Source: Raillietiella orientalis (Eukaryota). From it: 64,000 bases of DNA. Location of the stretch: NCBI GenBank assembly GCA_036172245.1, contig JAYWIR010000025.1, positions 1,550,001-1,614,000 of the forward strand, given 5' to 3'. Positions within the stretch are counted from its first letter, which is position 1. Every line of letters starts with the position of its first letter. Under the pieces are notes generated by a model that had not been told where the DNA came from, ran no database searches, and worked only from the letters and a program-made list of their open reading frames with translations. A program made the translations under genes and the position numbers. Positions 27,701 through 40,975 of the stretch are shown piece by piece.

Positions 27701-29499
27701 AGCTGCAGACGCGCGCAGCTGGCCAAGATGGCAGGAAGTCCAGATTTACAGAGACCCTGCCTTCAGGTCGCCAGCTTCACACTGAAATTGGTCTCCGAGT
27801 TTCGAGTGGCAAATCATCTTCAAGAAATAGGCACGAATCGGTCGGTATGATTTAGCCTATCGCATCATGGGTCCGTAGCGAACAAGCTCACGCCATGTGG
27901 TGCTCTTATCCCACGCAAGTCTGCCCACCGCCGGCTGGACTGTTTCGTTCCTTCAATGTGGATGCTGCGTCCTTTGATGAAAGAAAAGCATAGACTGGCG
28001 GTATTCCTCAACTCAATGTTTGGAGAGTACTTTGGACAAGGTCGAATGGTGATCGGATTGTGCGTTTCTACGTGGCATTTGCAAAGCCTCAAACTTCAAG
28101 GGCGATTCAATCATAGAAAAGAGTGCGAAAGTTCATCTCGAAACTTCTTGGTTCTTGAAGTTTCCGACAGACTAGTCCTGATTTGATCGAAAAGGCTGGG
28201 TATATGGGGGCGGAGATTGACTGGTATTGCTGCTTATGCGAATCTTTAAGAACCTTATCCTGTTCTGGTAACTGATAATATGGACGTCAGTGTGCCTACT
28301 ATTAGTTGACCTATGAAGCTTCCGCATAGGGAACTGGCAATATGGATATTTCTCCCTCTAATTACCATCCTCCCCTGGAATTCTCACTAAGGATGTCAAG
28401 AACCATGCCTCCAAGTTCACTTTTTGAAAATTCTTACTTTTTGTGTTTCTCATTGATTGAATTTGCTGTGTCCTGGACACTTTCTCTCGTCCTAAAGAAG
28501 AATTCCTGAATTTTTCGCTGAAATCAGTTTTTTGCTTTCCTGAATGATACATGCACTCGCACGTCTTCATTGCTGGACCTCAATTTCAATTAACAGTGCC
28601 ATCTGAAATTGCTTGAAATCAACCTTCCAAGATATCCCATGAGCTCTTCAGGCCGAGGTCGTTGGCTGCGAGGCAGTTCGTTTCCGAAGCATTTACTTTG
28701 CAATTTATCAATATCAACTGAGACCTAAGATGATTGGATGCTCACGATTTCAAGAGCTTCCAAAGGAAAACCACCCATTCCATTTCTGTAAGCAGATGCA
28801 AATGTACAATTTGGTATCAAAGCATCGGTGCCTGGTTCACAGAGGTCCAGTCGAACTCATGTTAAACATCACACTTTAAGTCTGATGATGATGTAATATC
28901 TAATTATTTATATGATCTTATCTGCTAAAAGATGCCCTTATAAAGATTGTGTTGAAGCTGTCGTGCCGTGCATCTGGATTAGTATGGGTTTTGTATGCAA
29001 CAGAAATGAATGAGAATGCAGTTTGAAAGTTGGACTCAGTCCTCAACTAAAACCGAGTTGGCACTCCTGAGTCGTGTACATATATTCTCTGAGATGTCCC
29101 GTCAATGCAGTGAATGCTAAGTGAAAGTATCACGGTCTACGTACGCTTATGTATTTGTGGGTTGATACGTAGAGATTTGAACGTTTGGATGCCGTTTCGC
29201 TGTATTCCATTATTTACTCGCTGTACGTCTATTATACACTCTTGGACCTATCGTTTCCCGATGCTCCGGTACCAGCTGTTCGTGATTCTGACGCGTTCAC
29301 TCAGAAATACAACGTGCAGAAGGAATTTATAAGGAAGGTTCGGCCATCTGACTGACAAAGCTGGGCACTGATTCAGGTCTCGGTTTTATCCTGAAACAGT
29401 GAAAAGAAACAAACATCCGAAATCGATGCTTTCATAATTAATTAGTTTATAATTATAATTAGTAATTTTCATCCTCTTGATGCTTTGCTCCACCCTTCG

Positions 29500-31420
29500 C
29501 CTACAGCTTACCAGCGCAGATTAATGAAGCCACTCCGGAGAAACGGCTTCTTCTACTTGTGTCTCAGTTGCAGTCTTCGTTTCGTTCGAAAAATCTTCTT
29601 TGCCTTATGGCTGCGGCTCCATCTGCAGTTTCCAGGAACTCGACGTCGCTACTCGTTCGCAGTCAGTTATCAAGTTCTCCATCACTCATTGGTTGCTCAT
29701 AAATTCCGTTTAATGCCTTTCCATCCTCAGAGATGGATATTCAATTCAGGAGATGCTGCAACCGTCGTGGAGCCGAGCTGTGCGCTCCGAACCCTAAAGA
29801 TTGGCCTCTCCCCATCGCTGGGGACCTTGGAATCGGATGCGTACACTCAAACTCCTAGGAATGGCGCGGCAGCTTCGTGAACATCTAGCGAGTTTCTTCT
29901 CGACCACCGATATCACGGGAAAAGTCGCAGTGCTCATTCATCTTCCACCAGGAAGCCTCAGGGGCTTGCCAGTGGGAAGATCGTTTCTGTTGGTCCAGGA
30001 CGATGAAAAGCCTTTCTTCTGCCTTCGTCGCTTTTCTTCCAGACGTTTTTTCTTGGTGTGCAAAGAGTGCTGAAGAACCATTCTCTTCCTCAGGGTGGGC
30101 TCGCCAAGCTCTATGATGCTGTCCACCCCACCTGAAGATGGGCGCAACTCTTCAAGAGTTGGGGGCACCCGAGAGGGGACCACCCTATGAATCCAGGAAG
30201 GTTCCGGAGGGAAGGAGTCCGTTCCTCTTACGCTTTGTAGGGTAACCCCGAATGGAAGCCTCCGACTTAGCTGTACCCGAAGTGGATTTCTTCCTTATTC
30301 CCCTCCGGAGCTGCCATCCGATTTGTGGGGCCGCTCCTCGTTTCTTTTCCAAAGGGAACCCGCAAAGGACTATGTCCCTGTTGCCCCCTCCTCCAAAAAG
30401 AACCCCGGAGGGACGCTTCTGTATTTCCATGTAGGGTCACTCCCCAAAGGGAGCAGAGCGTTTCTCGACACTCTGAAGATGAAACTCTCAGCGGGGATAT
30501 CAACCAGCTGCATGGTACGAGATGGAAGGTCCTTTCCCGGAAGAAGAGGATGGCTCCATTTTCTCAAACGGAGGGATATCCTGAAGAGCTCCTTAATTCC
30601 TGGAATGACCCCAGGGAGTCAGCTTCTGATCCTGGTCAGTGAGCGGAAGTATCCTGTTTCCACCAGCTCCGCGCCCTCCCGTGCAACACCGGCCGTCATC
30701 ATTTGACACGGGTGTGTGTGGATCCAAACTGTGCAAGGTGCGGGAAACGTGAATCCCTCCAGCACCTCCTCGTTGACTGTGTTGCCCTCCGGCCTCTTTG
30801 GGCAGCTTTGCCGCGACTCTGTGGATCCCCGATGGCAGCCCCAGAGACGTTTCGAAGCGCTTCTTCCTGCGCGGCGCCCTCACTCCGGCCTCATCCCCAG
30901 CAGCACTCTGCTGTCCACGCGGCGGGACCATGGCTGCGTGGAGCAACGCCAGAGGAGAGGGAGGGGGAGGAACGGCATCTATTTTGCTGTCCTCTTCATG
31001 AGAACAGAGTCAAGATGGACCCATCTGGGAATCATAAAACAGGAACTTGCCGGCATCCTGCAAAGGATGCAGAGGACACCCTCCAGCACACAGGGATCTC
31101 TTCCCAAACCCCCTCCCGATTCTTTCGACTTTATTTTTTTCATTTTTTTTTAGTTCGTGTCCCCTTCTCCTGTGCTACCGAGGCCATCCCCGCTGGCGTG
31201 CGTGCCAGATCCCGGCAGGTTCCTCTTCGCATCCATAAGTAACGTGGCAGGATCAAACCTCCTGCCGCTTATTTTTTATAAATAAACGCCCCGGCATCAC
31301 CGGGTGCCAACGAGTGCCGCACCCGAAGCCTTCAGGCCAATTAGCTTCATCCTGTGAGGCGACTGGAAACTCACGACATCCCTTCTCCTCCCCCCCATTT
31401 TCGGCGTCGGTCCCTTTCGG
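29500..31420 (+). mobile_element. Tx1/L1-like non-LTR retrotransposon 3' portion (post-RT region, zf-RVT-like finger, 3' UTR) plus adjacent same-family fragment
   Basis: KLLG, DITGKVAVLIHL, LPQGGL and HQLRALPCN...CARCGKRESLQHLLVDC..LWAAL (CxxC..H..C). 3' hairpin ggcagga-tcaaacc-tcctgcc (31246-31266), then AATAAA 31281-31286. Confidence 0.75.
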
Positions 31421-31499
31421 GTATTCGCTTAGGAGTTTGCTTTTGAGATGCAGAAGCGAAAGCTCGCAGATGTAAAATCTTGAAAGCATCGTCCCATAA

Positions 31500-32700
31500 A
31501 GAGTCCCCAAGAGCAATGTAAGGAAAGAGGGGGAAACCAGTTAGGTGGTAGGAAAGCGCTCTTGCGAAGAGCAGACCCTCCTTCAAGATCCGAATGGCAG
31601 TTACAAGTAGGGATCGTGCTTGGTTGCTCGGCATCCTTGCCCGCGGTGAGATTCGGCCTTCCCCATTGCTGTTCCTCCGAGTTATCTGTATAGACCGGAG
31701 CAAGCTGATCACATGAACCGCTACAATCCCGAAAGGTTTCACGGATGCTGGACTTTCTCTTTCCCGAGCATGCTAATCGGAGGAGCAAGCTGCAAAAATC
31801 AACGAGCCCGAAAGGCGTGCCTCACGGACCAAAGAGACCTGCCCTCCACTACCGCTCGGACGAGAAGACAACATGATGGAGCGATGCCACAGTGAAGCGA
31901 TCTGCGCTGTTCTCCTGTTCCAATTCCCAGTCTCTTCAAGAGCAAACTGATTGGTAGTTCCTGCCTTCCATACCGATCAGTTTTTAGGGGAAAAGAACGC
32001 ACCTAGCAAAGGGCTTTCTACAAAATGTAGTGATAGCGACGCTCCCCTCCCCTCTCATCTTTTGGAAATTAAGGAACCGTTCACTACGTTGAATCCTCTC
32101 TGGAAAGCTCTGGAGTCGAACGGCGCACGCTCGTTCGAAATCAAAAAAGAAACAACACCGAGACAGACACCGAGTTGTGTTGAAAGGCTGCACTTGTGGA
32201 AGGGTGTCCAAAACATCAACAGATAAACAAGGATGACTCGGTAGCAAGCTTTCATCAAGTTCCCCGAATGCCCGATGTTTATCGGAGATTTGGGCTTTCG
32301 AGATACCAAGAAACGCGGGTTTGATCGAACTACGCAAGCACCTTCCTTTATCTACTTTTGCTGCAACGTACATCCCATATTTGCTCCTGACAGGGAGTTG
32401 TTTTCCCTGAGAAATGAATTGCGCATCTCTTCATCACAATAAACGTTGTAAACCATTCCGTTGTCTCTGCTTGCTTTGGCACCACGTGCCATTTCATTTC
32501 GAAAACAAAAATTAAAGCACGCTGCTGTTCTGACGCCCAAGGAGATGTTTCCTGAGGATGAGGATGAAAAATTCTTCGAAATCTATTATAGACTGTTACA
32601 GAAGCATTGCTCTTTGGGCTCGCGAATTTTTTTTTCTCCTTTGCTGTGATCAGACAGCAACTTTGGCTTTGTCGTAAGGAAAGAACGTGAGCTCGGTCGA
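31500..32700 (+). mobile_element. BEL/Pao integrase relic
   Basis: ALFSC.., VVPAFHTDQFL..SDSDA (DLxTDxFL..SDNA-like), a PxxP..GxW-like segment and VLTPKE (LTPxH-like), in order. Confidence 0.45.
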
Positions 32701-33569
32701 AAAACTTGGGCAAAACATCGGTTGATTAATCGTCATCATGAGGTAAAGTTGTTCCTAAGAAAAGGTCAAATTCATGGCGTCGTCATTATAATCCAATCAA
32801 TGACTTGCTGTGCACTTGGATAATGAGTTGTGTGCAGCCGCTTAGATGGATGATGAAATGAGTTGCGGTTCGGTGATCACCGTCTCCTGAAGGAACCCTA
32901 GGAACACGCCCTCCAAGAAATGTCCTTTAGAACAGAGTTTCAAGCCTTTCGTTTTTTTTTTTTTTTTTGCATTCATCAGTTAAAGGTTATGGTGATTATC
33001 GAGAACGTTTCTGGAAGTTTATCAAAACATCTCTGTACATTTTATGGAATGCTCAAGCTACAATGCATAGAGTCTAGTGAGCTTTACAGGATAGGAGACT
33101 TTTCCACTGATAGATCTAAAACTGGCAGTGGGGAAAATTTGCTCCCTAATCCATGTGTGAGCATCTTCAGGGAGCCAAGATTCGGGAACACATCTCTGCG
33201 CACGCAGACGATGACCTGCAAATCGTATGCTGCCCTGCATGGAAAATGCAGCAAACCCTCTTTAATGGCCAAGTTGCTGCCTTTTTTTTTTCTCAGCACG
33301 GACACCAACGATGGACTGGACGTTTGTCCTTCGCAGATCGTCCACTGTTCATGGCAAAGAGGCAGTCACTGAAGAACAGAAAATTTGAAAGAAAGGAAAG
33401 AAAAGCGAAGATCGTGCACCTTTGCCGGCTGCATGGCTTCTATTTTCTACCAGCCTGGATTACTCGAAGATGGCGCCCTGTTTCCAGGTCTTTGAAAATC
33501 GGATCAACTAGCGCTGCAGGAAACATTGGCATTTGTTGCCAGATGTGAATTTGCAATAGCAAAGGGTTC

Positions 33570-34100
33570 CACTAAGAATTCCACCATGGAGGATGCACAG
33601 ACCGTGTTGCGCCAAAAATCGACGCGAGCCTTTCCGTGCTCGCATTCCTAGGGCTTGCATCCGAAAATGGACCCGAGACTTGAGATTCCGTTTCTACAGG
33701 AAGATTCTTGTGACTCCTTCCTGGTGGAGCCGTTTGGCAACGGTTCTTCCAGGAAGGGAACGGTCCCCGGACGCTACTTGTCGATCGCATGGATCGCGAG
33801 CGAGTTTGCGACAGGCTCCAGGCAAATCTGCAAATTCTGCGAATCCCTGGAGAACTGCAGTGCAGTCTTTCGCAGGCCACCGGCACATCCTCCTCATCTC
33901 GTGATTGTCCGTTTCGAGAAATTCGCCCTTCTATCCAGCCTTGAGGTTCGGAAGCTGGTTGAATTCCTTTTACAACCGTGGTCATTCTAGAGGATCTCTG
34001 CTTAGCTCCGTAACCTGAGAACCACGTGCGATTGAGGAGTAAAAGTTTCCCCAGCTCATCCCTGGTGCTGCAAGTTTACAGTTTTCAAAGGGAAAGAAAA
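33570..34100 (-). mobile_element. BEL/Pao integrase relic
   Basis: TELSRD (LSELRQ-like), FADLPG (DFAGP-like) and RRFLAQHG (RRFxxRRG-like), in order. Confidence 0.4.
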
Positions 34101-35819
34101 GGATGATTTCCAGGTCAGTGGAACAAACCGACGGCAGGTACGGCTGCTTTCTTTTCGCTCCCGCTGTGGTGCTTCCAGTCAATATTGCTCATAAGCATGG
34201 CTGCCTGATGAGCTGACCACTTCACAGTGCAGTGAAAACGGATGCTTTGCTCTTTGTGGTTCAAAGGATTTCGGATCAGGTTTCTGGACTGGTGGTAAGT
34301 CCTCCTCACTGTGAGCAAATAACCCGTTGATGATCTTTAAGAATGCTTTTGAATTTTCTGCTTGGAGTTGTCCGTCATCGATGATGCGATGAGAGTTGAG
34401 GTCGCTCTTTAGAAGTTCAGATGGCAGCTCTTCACTTTTTTTTTTTTCCGCGAAACCTCAAGAGCTCGGCAGCTTCGGCACTGATGAATGCGCTTACGGG
34501 TGCATCCAATGTTACGTTGCATCCTCGTCTTGTCCTTTAAGTTCTGTGTTTTTCTCTCACTTCAGCATCTGACACAGTTTATCTCGCAAATTGCACTCGC
34601 ATCCTGGGATTCGTTGAATGCTCGCGTAAAAGAGGATGCTATGAGGTTCAGTTCTTTGGCCATTTTGATCCACGCTGACGACGTGAGCAGTGGGCACACG
34701 TCTTCCTATACCGTGGAGGGAATGCGGCATTTTGGCTGCCAGCTTGAGCAGCTTTCATTTTTCTGTAAAAATTCCCTGAAAAAGAGCACTTCACGAGATG
34801 GCTAAACCTGGTCCATTCGTTAACTTCCTTGTCGGATGCTTGTCTAGCTGACTGAATTCAGTTCCACCCATTTACATCGCCTTCGCTTACTCGTGTTCCG
34901 AAACTCCAGTTTCCCCAGTCCGACATGAGATAGGGTGAATTCGTTTAAATGACGATGTTGCAAAACGAGACGAACGTGCCACTAGCGCGCGCACTTTGTC
35001 TCCACTAAAATTCCTTTCCATAGTTCGCACACTGCTGTTGGTTGGTTCTGGGTCAAATTCTCAGTTCACATCCTCCTAGAGCTGATCTTACAATCCCTGC
35101 AAGACATAGCAATCGAAACTCCTCCATCCAGACGGGAAAAAAAGTGTGCTTGCGGTGTTGCGAGCCACCCCCTTTACCTATGGCTGGATGTGATATTAAT
35201 ACGGAGAGATTTTTCTCTCTCCCTCTCTCTATCTCCAAAGTTTCCTCAGGATTCCGTTTTGCATAATTTCCCATTCTCTGCGTTGTCCTCGGGGTGCGAA
35301 TGCGGACCTTAAAGGCTGCCTGAAAGTGACCACGTACAGCTAGCACCATCTATGTTCTGAGAAATGTAAGTACATTCTAGTTCCACGGAATCCTGAGCAG
35401 CGGTAGGGCATTGCATGTCCACGGTAAGCCCACGCAGCCCTACGCATAATTTGAGTTCTTCATGATCTTCCGTCAGACGCTGCTTCAAAATCCCGAACGA
35501 TGGAATGTGTTCCCATGGATTTCTCCTAGGTCTTTCTTTAAATAATTCTTAATGAATATATGTGAATAGTATGCATGCATATTAAAGCTATGTATATTAA
35601 AATAAATTTGTATATTAATATACGTTTATCTACAAGTGCAGTGCTGCAGCACTGAGAAGCGTTTCTGCAGCCTGCATCTTGTAGCAAAACTCCTCGATAC
35701 CAGCACGCAGATGCAGGTGGATACAACATGATCTTAGGCAGGCTGAGTATCCAGAACCGGAATTCGCTTTCCCGGTTACAATGTCGCATTTACCTCCCCC
35801 CCCCCCATCCCCTTCTCCC

Positions 35820-36400
35820 CATAATTTGATACCTTCCAAAGCCATGGTTTATGAAGAATATCCCAGCATTATAGAGTAGAGATGGGTGGCCCTCTCTATC
35901 GAGAATTCCATCGATGCATTCTATCGTTCGGTCGAATATTGAAAGGGAGAGAGGGAAAGAATAGCAAACTGATGATGGCAGCATTTTCAAGATATCTTTT
36001 ACCGAGTAGAACAGCTTTGCTCAGTTCAGACCATGCTCCTGCAGTTCCATCTTCCGCAGGAACCCTGTTGCTTAGTGGCAAGCAGTTTAAACAGCAGCGA
36101 TGGGAAAAGATTTGGTTTTTCTGGGATGGCTGGCTCTGCCAGCAGTGCGAAGAAAACTTCTTGGAAAGGCCATATCCTTCGTTTCTGCCGTAAGTCTTTT
36201 GCGGGGTCTTCCACTTGAAACGGAACAGTGGAACTGGCACACCGTAAAGAGCGTGCTTGCATTGCAGGGAGTTGAATTCAAGGAACAGACCCACCCTCGC
36301 CATTCTCCTTCTTTGAGTATCCTTGCCTTTCATGATATTTCTGGTATCGAAACAAGGGTATTTAGGGAGAGATCCAGGAATAAGGTTCCAGGAATACTCA
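35820..36400 (-). mobile_element. BEL/Pao RT relic
   Basis: LNCLP..., DILKML (DIxKMF-like), DR and NHGFG (VxFG-like) on the minus strand. Confidence 0.3.
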
Positions 36401-36719
36401 TGCAGTTCCTAAGTTAAGCTGGGGCTGGTGAATCGGCCTAGGATGGAGTCAGGTTCCATCTTACCAGTCCGAAAGACCCAAAATAGCCCACTGTTGACGA
36501 AAAATAAAGGTTCTTTTCGAGCTCTTGTCGACAAGGCGGGTGGAGGAAGGAAGGGGAATGAAGAGGGAAGGAAAAAGAGAGCAATTCTCATCGTAGGTCT
36601 GAGCAGGTGAACCCACCAGCTTACAAACAGTGCTCAGCAGATTTGGTCGCTTAGCAACGAACCAGTTGCAACGGAAGCTGTCGCATCCATTCTCGCTTTC
36701 AAGCAAACAGGGGCTTGTG

Positions 36720-37700
36720 TGCTGCAGGGGGGATGCAACGCGAAAATCCCATTGCCTATGACCAGGAGTGACGACCTTCCGAGATTTCTGCTAGATGCTT
36801 GGCATGGCATGGAAGACCTTGGATGTCTTCGCTGTCTTTTTCCTCACTCGATGCCGGCAATTCGAACTGTCCTTTTCGTCGAGTCACCCGCGTGTTTCCC
36901 ATTTTTCGTCCGGAAACAACAACAGGATCTTAGTAACCGTTCTGGTTCGTTCGACGGCATAGCTTCCAATACAACCTTAAAACAAGACACGAAATGGATG
37001 AACGCACACGATTTCCTCGAGTTGTCCTTCCACCGTCATCAAGGCCGAAGACCTGAGAAGAATGATTGCCGGCAGAACTGGATCCCCCGTCACTGGCCGT
37101 TGCCACGGAGCCAGGATGGCCGCGACATCTCTGATCCTCGTCTAGAGAGGAGATCAGGGTGTCCATGGGAGGCTTTCCGTGGCCTTTCGAACCGGCCGCA
37201 GAGGGGAAATTCGAGGGTGGACTTTCTCCAGATCCCACCTTGCTCCAGACCTGCGAAGGCGCGTCGTGAGGCACGCGCGCAGAGAGAAGCGATATCTCCT
37301 GAGTAACCTGCTGCGTGCTTTCTTCCGAAAGCCCATCATCCTCGTCAGGGCTCGAGAGCGGCACGAGGAAGTCGCGCTGTCTCAACTTTGGAGCTCGAGA
37401 GCAGCTCTTCGGTCTTTCCTTGAACACGGGTGGTCAACTTCACGAGAGCTTTCCTGTTCTCTCGCCGTAGGATCGCGTGGATTCCGGTCCGGGCGAACGC
37501 ATCTGAGACGAAGCACGGATGCAGAATAACAAAGTGTCTGCATTCATCAGCAGGCAGCGAATGGATCATCAGAGTTATCAGGTCTGGAAGTGGAAAAAAA
37601 CGGGTAAGGAGCTGCCAGATGGTCACGAAAACAACCAACAAACTTGAAAGTCTTGAAACCAACAAATGTGTGGTCCTACCACGTTCAGTTTGTCCGTGGA
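36720..37700 (+). mobile_element. BEL/Pao integrase C-terminus (DUF5641-like) relic
   Basis: WIIRVIRSGSGKKRVRSCQMVTKT..KCVVLP matches the WxLGRIxxxxPGxDGxVRxxxVKT..KLxxLP pattern; NWIP and SFLEHGW lie upstream. Confidence 0.55.
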
Positions 37701-37849
37701 CCTACTGGGTTACTGAAGAGGTTCACCACGATACAGCGGAAGGCAGAGGAGAAAACGAAAAGAAAAAAAACGAAAAGGAAAACACTGTGGAGGGTCGGGA
37801 AGGGGTCACAGTCCGCTGGAAGGAGTCCTCTGCATCTTTTCCAAAATTT

Positions 37850-38760
37850 CGGCTTGGTCCTTCTGGATAGCACCCAGGTGGGGCGCCATCCGCAGAAAGT
37901 GAAGCGCTCATTCTATGGCGTCCCTTTCGTTCGTTACTCCTTCAGCGTCGCTCCAGGCCACCACAATACCGCGGATGCAGCAAAGAGCTGCTGGGGCTGC
38001 AGCTAGCGGAAGGAGGAGTTTTACGAGTCCCCGTACGAAGAGTTTTACTACGTCCCCGGGGCTGCCAACTGGTATTCCGTAGTGCCACCCCAAAATGTCC
38101 CCATGAAGGCTGGAGGGCAACGCAGTCCAAAAGCAGGTACAGGATTGACTCTCCTTCCCCGCACCTGTGGCAGTCCTGCCCCCCCTGGTGCCCAGTGGTG
38201 TCGGCGGGAGTTGTAAGAAAGACTCCAGTGCAAAAGTAGAGCACCCACTCCTGCCGCTCCAGGAGGAGTGTGCCGCTGTCCGCGAACACTGGTGGAAGGG
38301 AAGAAGGGAGGAGGCAGAAGGAAGGAACTCCCTCCCTTCTCCCTTCCTCCTCCTCTTCCCTTCTTTCTTCCTTCCTTCCCTTCCTCCTCCTCCTCTGCAT
38401 GTCTTTAAAAACAACGAGGAGAAAAAGGGGTGCAGTCCGCCTCCCCTCTCCGGCTGCGTGACAACACCATCCGAGTGATTCCACGATGACTTCGAGTTCC
38501 GAAGAGACCAAAACGTGCATTCCGGCCTGCTGAGCTCCTGTCGCTGAGCAGAGAAGAGATCCGGCTGCCGATGTCAGTCGACGGCTTGATAAAGAAATCC
38601 GCGTGGAGATCAACTGTGCTCCTGCGGGGACGTCTTTCGTGCTGCGGAGGTAGAGATCCTTATCTGTCCCCTCCTCGAGCCGTATGCTTTTCCCGAAGCC
38701 TTCTCTCCTCAGGAGCAGCGCTGCATTCATTGCCGAAAATGACCTTTGCAGAGAGGTTCC
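37850..38760 (-). mobile_element. Tx1/L1-like 3' fragment (zf-RVT-like)
   Basis: CHRCGEGESILYLLLDCVALQPSW...SWQPR parallels CARCGKRESLQHLLVDCVALRPLW...RWQPQ at 30730-30845. Confidence 0.65.
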
Positions 38761-38999
38761 GACTTGTCACGAAGTGTATCCGCTGAATTTTTTTTTTTTT
38801 TTTTAACGGCCGGCCGGGAGCTCTTGCAGCTTCAGGCCGGTGAGAAGAGAAAAAGCGCCTACGTTGCGTGCGTGGTTCAGCACCCCATAAACAGCAACGA
38901 TGTCAATACCCCCGGCTTTATCTTTGCATCGTGGAATGGCAGATACAAATCTTCGGGAAAAAATCGGTGATCGCCTCGCAGGAGACTGGGGGTACGTGC

Positions 39000-40000
39000 C
39001 TTTTCGCTCAGGGATATGTTTCCAGCCCTCGGACACTCTTTTCTTTCGTCACTGAGGTCGGCAACCGGCTGGAGTCCCGACTTTGAGGGGTGACAGATGA
39101 GATGGCTGTTTTCTTTCGAAGCCGCGCTCCTGGGAAACCGCGCGAGCATCGTTCGAGTGCTCTTCTCCCGATCTTCGAGTGGATCGTCGGAGGTGGCGGA
39201 TTTTGCGGCGAAGCACCTTGACCGGCTGTCAGCTCTTGGAGACGCTTCCCTGCGACAAGGTGATCCATACACACCCCTCTTCTCCCTTCTTCCTGCTCGC
39301 GGGTTGATTGATTGTTTTCACCTGCCTCGGCTTGATTGAAGCGACACCCCTGACTTGTTCCTCGTTCGTTGCTCCTTCCACGCAGGGTGGACCTCTGTCA
39401 GGTTGCTCGAAGATGGGACTTCTTTCTTCTTTCCTCATTTTTTCTTTTTTTTTTTTGTCGCTGCTGCTTTTTGTCGACTCGGTTCCTGCGCGGGGGGGAA
39501 GCTGCGGCCTTCGTGTTCCTTCCGACATAAGGTGTTTGGGTGGCGGAGGCAATCAGGAATGCATTCGGAATTGCAGGTCTGGTGCGGTTCATTCGAGAGC
39601 GGTGGAGAATGGAGCGAACCCTCCTCCTAAATGTGGTGGGGGGCTGCTCGTTGGCTCGAGAGCTCTCGCGGAATCCCGCACGCGCAAAAAGAAAATGTCC
39701 TGAGTGGAAACGTTCCAGCCCACGTGGTGGCGCGGCGCGTCCGCAGGAACGGAGCGCCATCTTCCAAGATGAAGGTCAGGAAGAGAGCAACCCTTTCGCT
39801 CCACCGCGACGTGACACAACGTTCGATTGGGGGAAAACTGCCGATTCACTGCCGCTCAGGTGAATTCCCGAGACAGTCCACAGCTTTGGAGGGGGAAGGG
39901 TCCTCCCGTGTTTGCCTCCCGAAAGCACTCTGCGTTCCCAGAACGCAAAGCCGCTTGACTTCCACCTCCTAAGCCGCGGTTGAAATGCCTCCTCCCCTTT
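39000..40000 (+). mobile_element. BEL/Pao RNase H region relic
   Basis: RFIRER, NVPAHVVARR (NPADxxSRG-like) and FDWGK segments in order; degenerate. Confidence 0.3.
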
Positions 40001-40975
40001 TTCGGGATTCGAAATCGGTGACTTTTATTTGGAGAAAGGAAACTCATATTTTTTTTCTCATCGTGCTCGTAATGAGCCCATGCAAAGTGCCCCCGAAACC
40101 TCAAGAAACGAACGCGTCACGGATTGCTGCCAAGTCCGTACGTAAGGAGCAGACAAGCACGACACACGTACTTGCACACGTACTGTACCCCCACTCGCGA
40201 GCACACACGCATTCAATTATACTTTAGTTGCTCATGAAAACTCGCGCTTTTGTACTTGTACGGGTCTGGCTCAAAATCCCGAAGGATCGTAAGATAGAAA
40301 CGTGTGTGCTTATTCTACATGGATTCGATATGCAAATTTATGTTAATGCGCCCAGTTTTTCGTGTTTATTAATATGTATCAACATACATGACCCCAATTA
40401 ATACATCTGTTTCAACAATGTTACTGTGAATGCACATATGCATTAACATACATATTAATAAACACGAATGGCTGTGTGCATTATGGAAGCAAATGTATTC
40501 ATTATGGTTCAGTGGCATGCATTTTATGAATAATGTTGACAATTTGTTGACGATTGAAAAATAAATGATTATCCTTATTAGGTTCATATGCATATTTATG
40601 TAAAGACCCATGTATGGATGAATAATATGTGTTGAGTGCGGCTACATGTGCTACCTGCTTGCTCCTTGTACCTACGTGTTAAACTGCTACTGACTTTTTT
40701 ACAGGTTGCTGAAAATGCACACTCATCCCCACAGTAGGCTATATCACGAATATGCAGTTACTACTATGCGGTGAATATGCAGGTGAGGACTGCTTCTTCC
40801 ATGAAAGTGGCTGTACGGTTCTTCCCGAGCAATTTATGGTTCATAAAGATAACCATAATCCGATAATACCCGTTTGCGTTATTATTATTACCCTTTCATC
40901 CGTGATTTATATTGATACATATTTGTTTTTATCATTTTTCTGAGGCATTGAGGCTAGAGGGCCTTCAAGCTTTAT

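Noticed and set aside
34190..34260. Hammerhead-ribozyme-like core (CTGATGA 34205-34211 ... GAAA 34234-34237)
   Set aside because: Stem II is weak and I could not find stems I and III or a paired NUH site.
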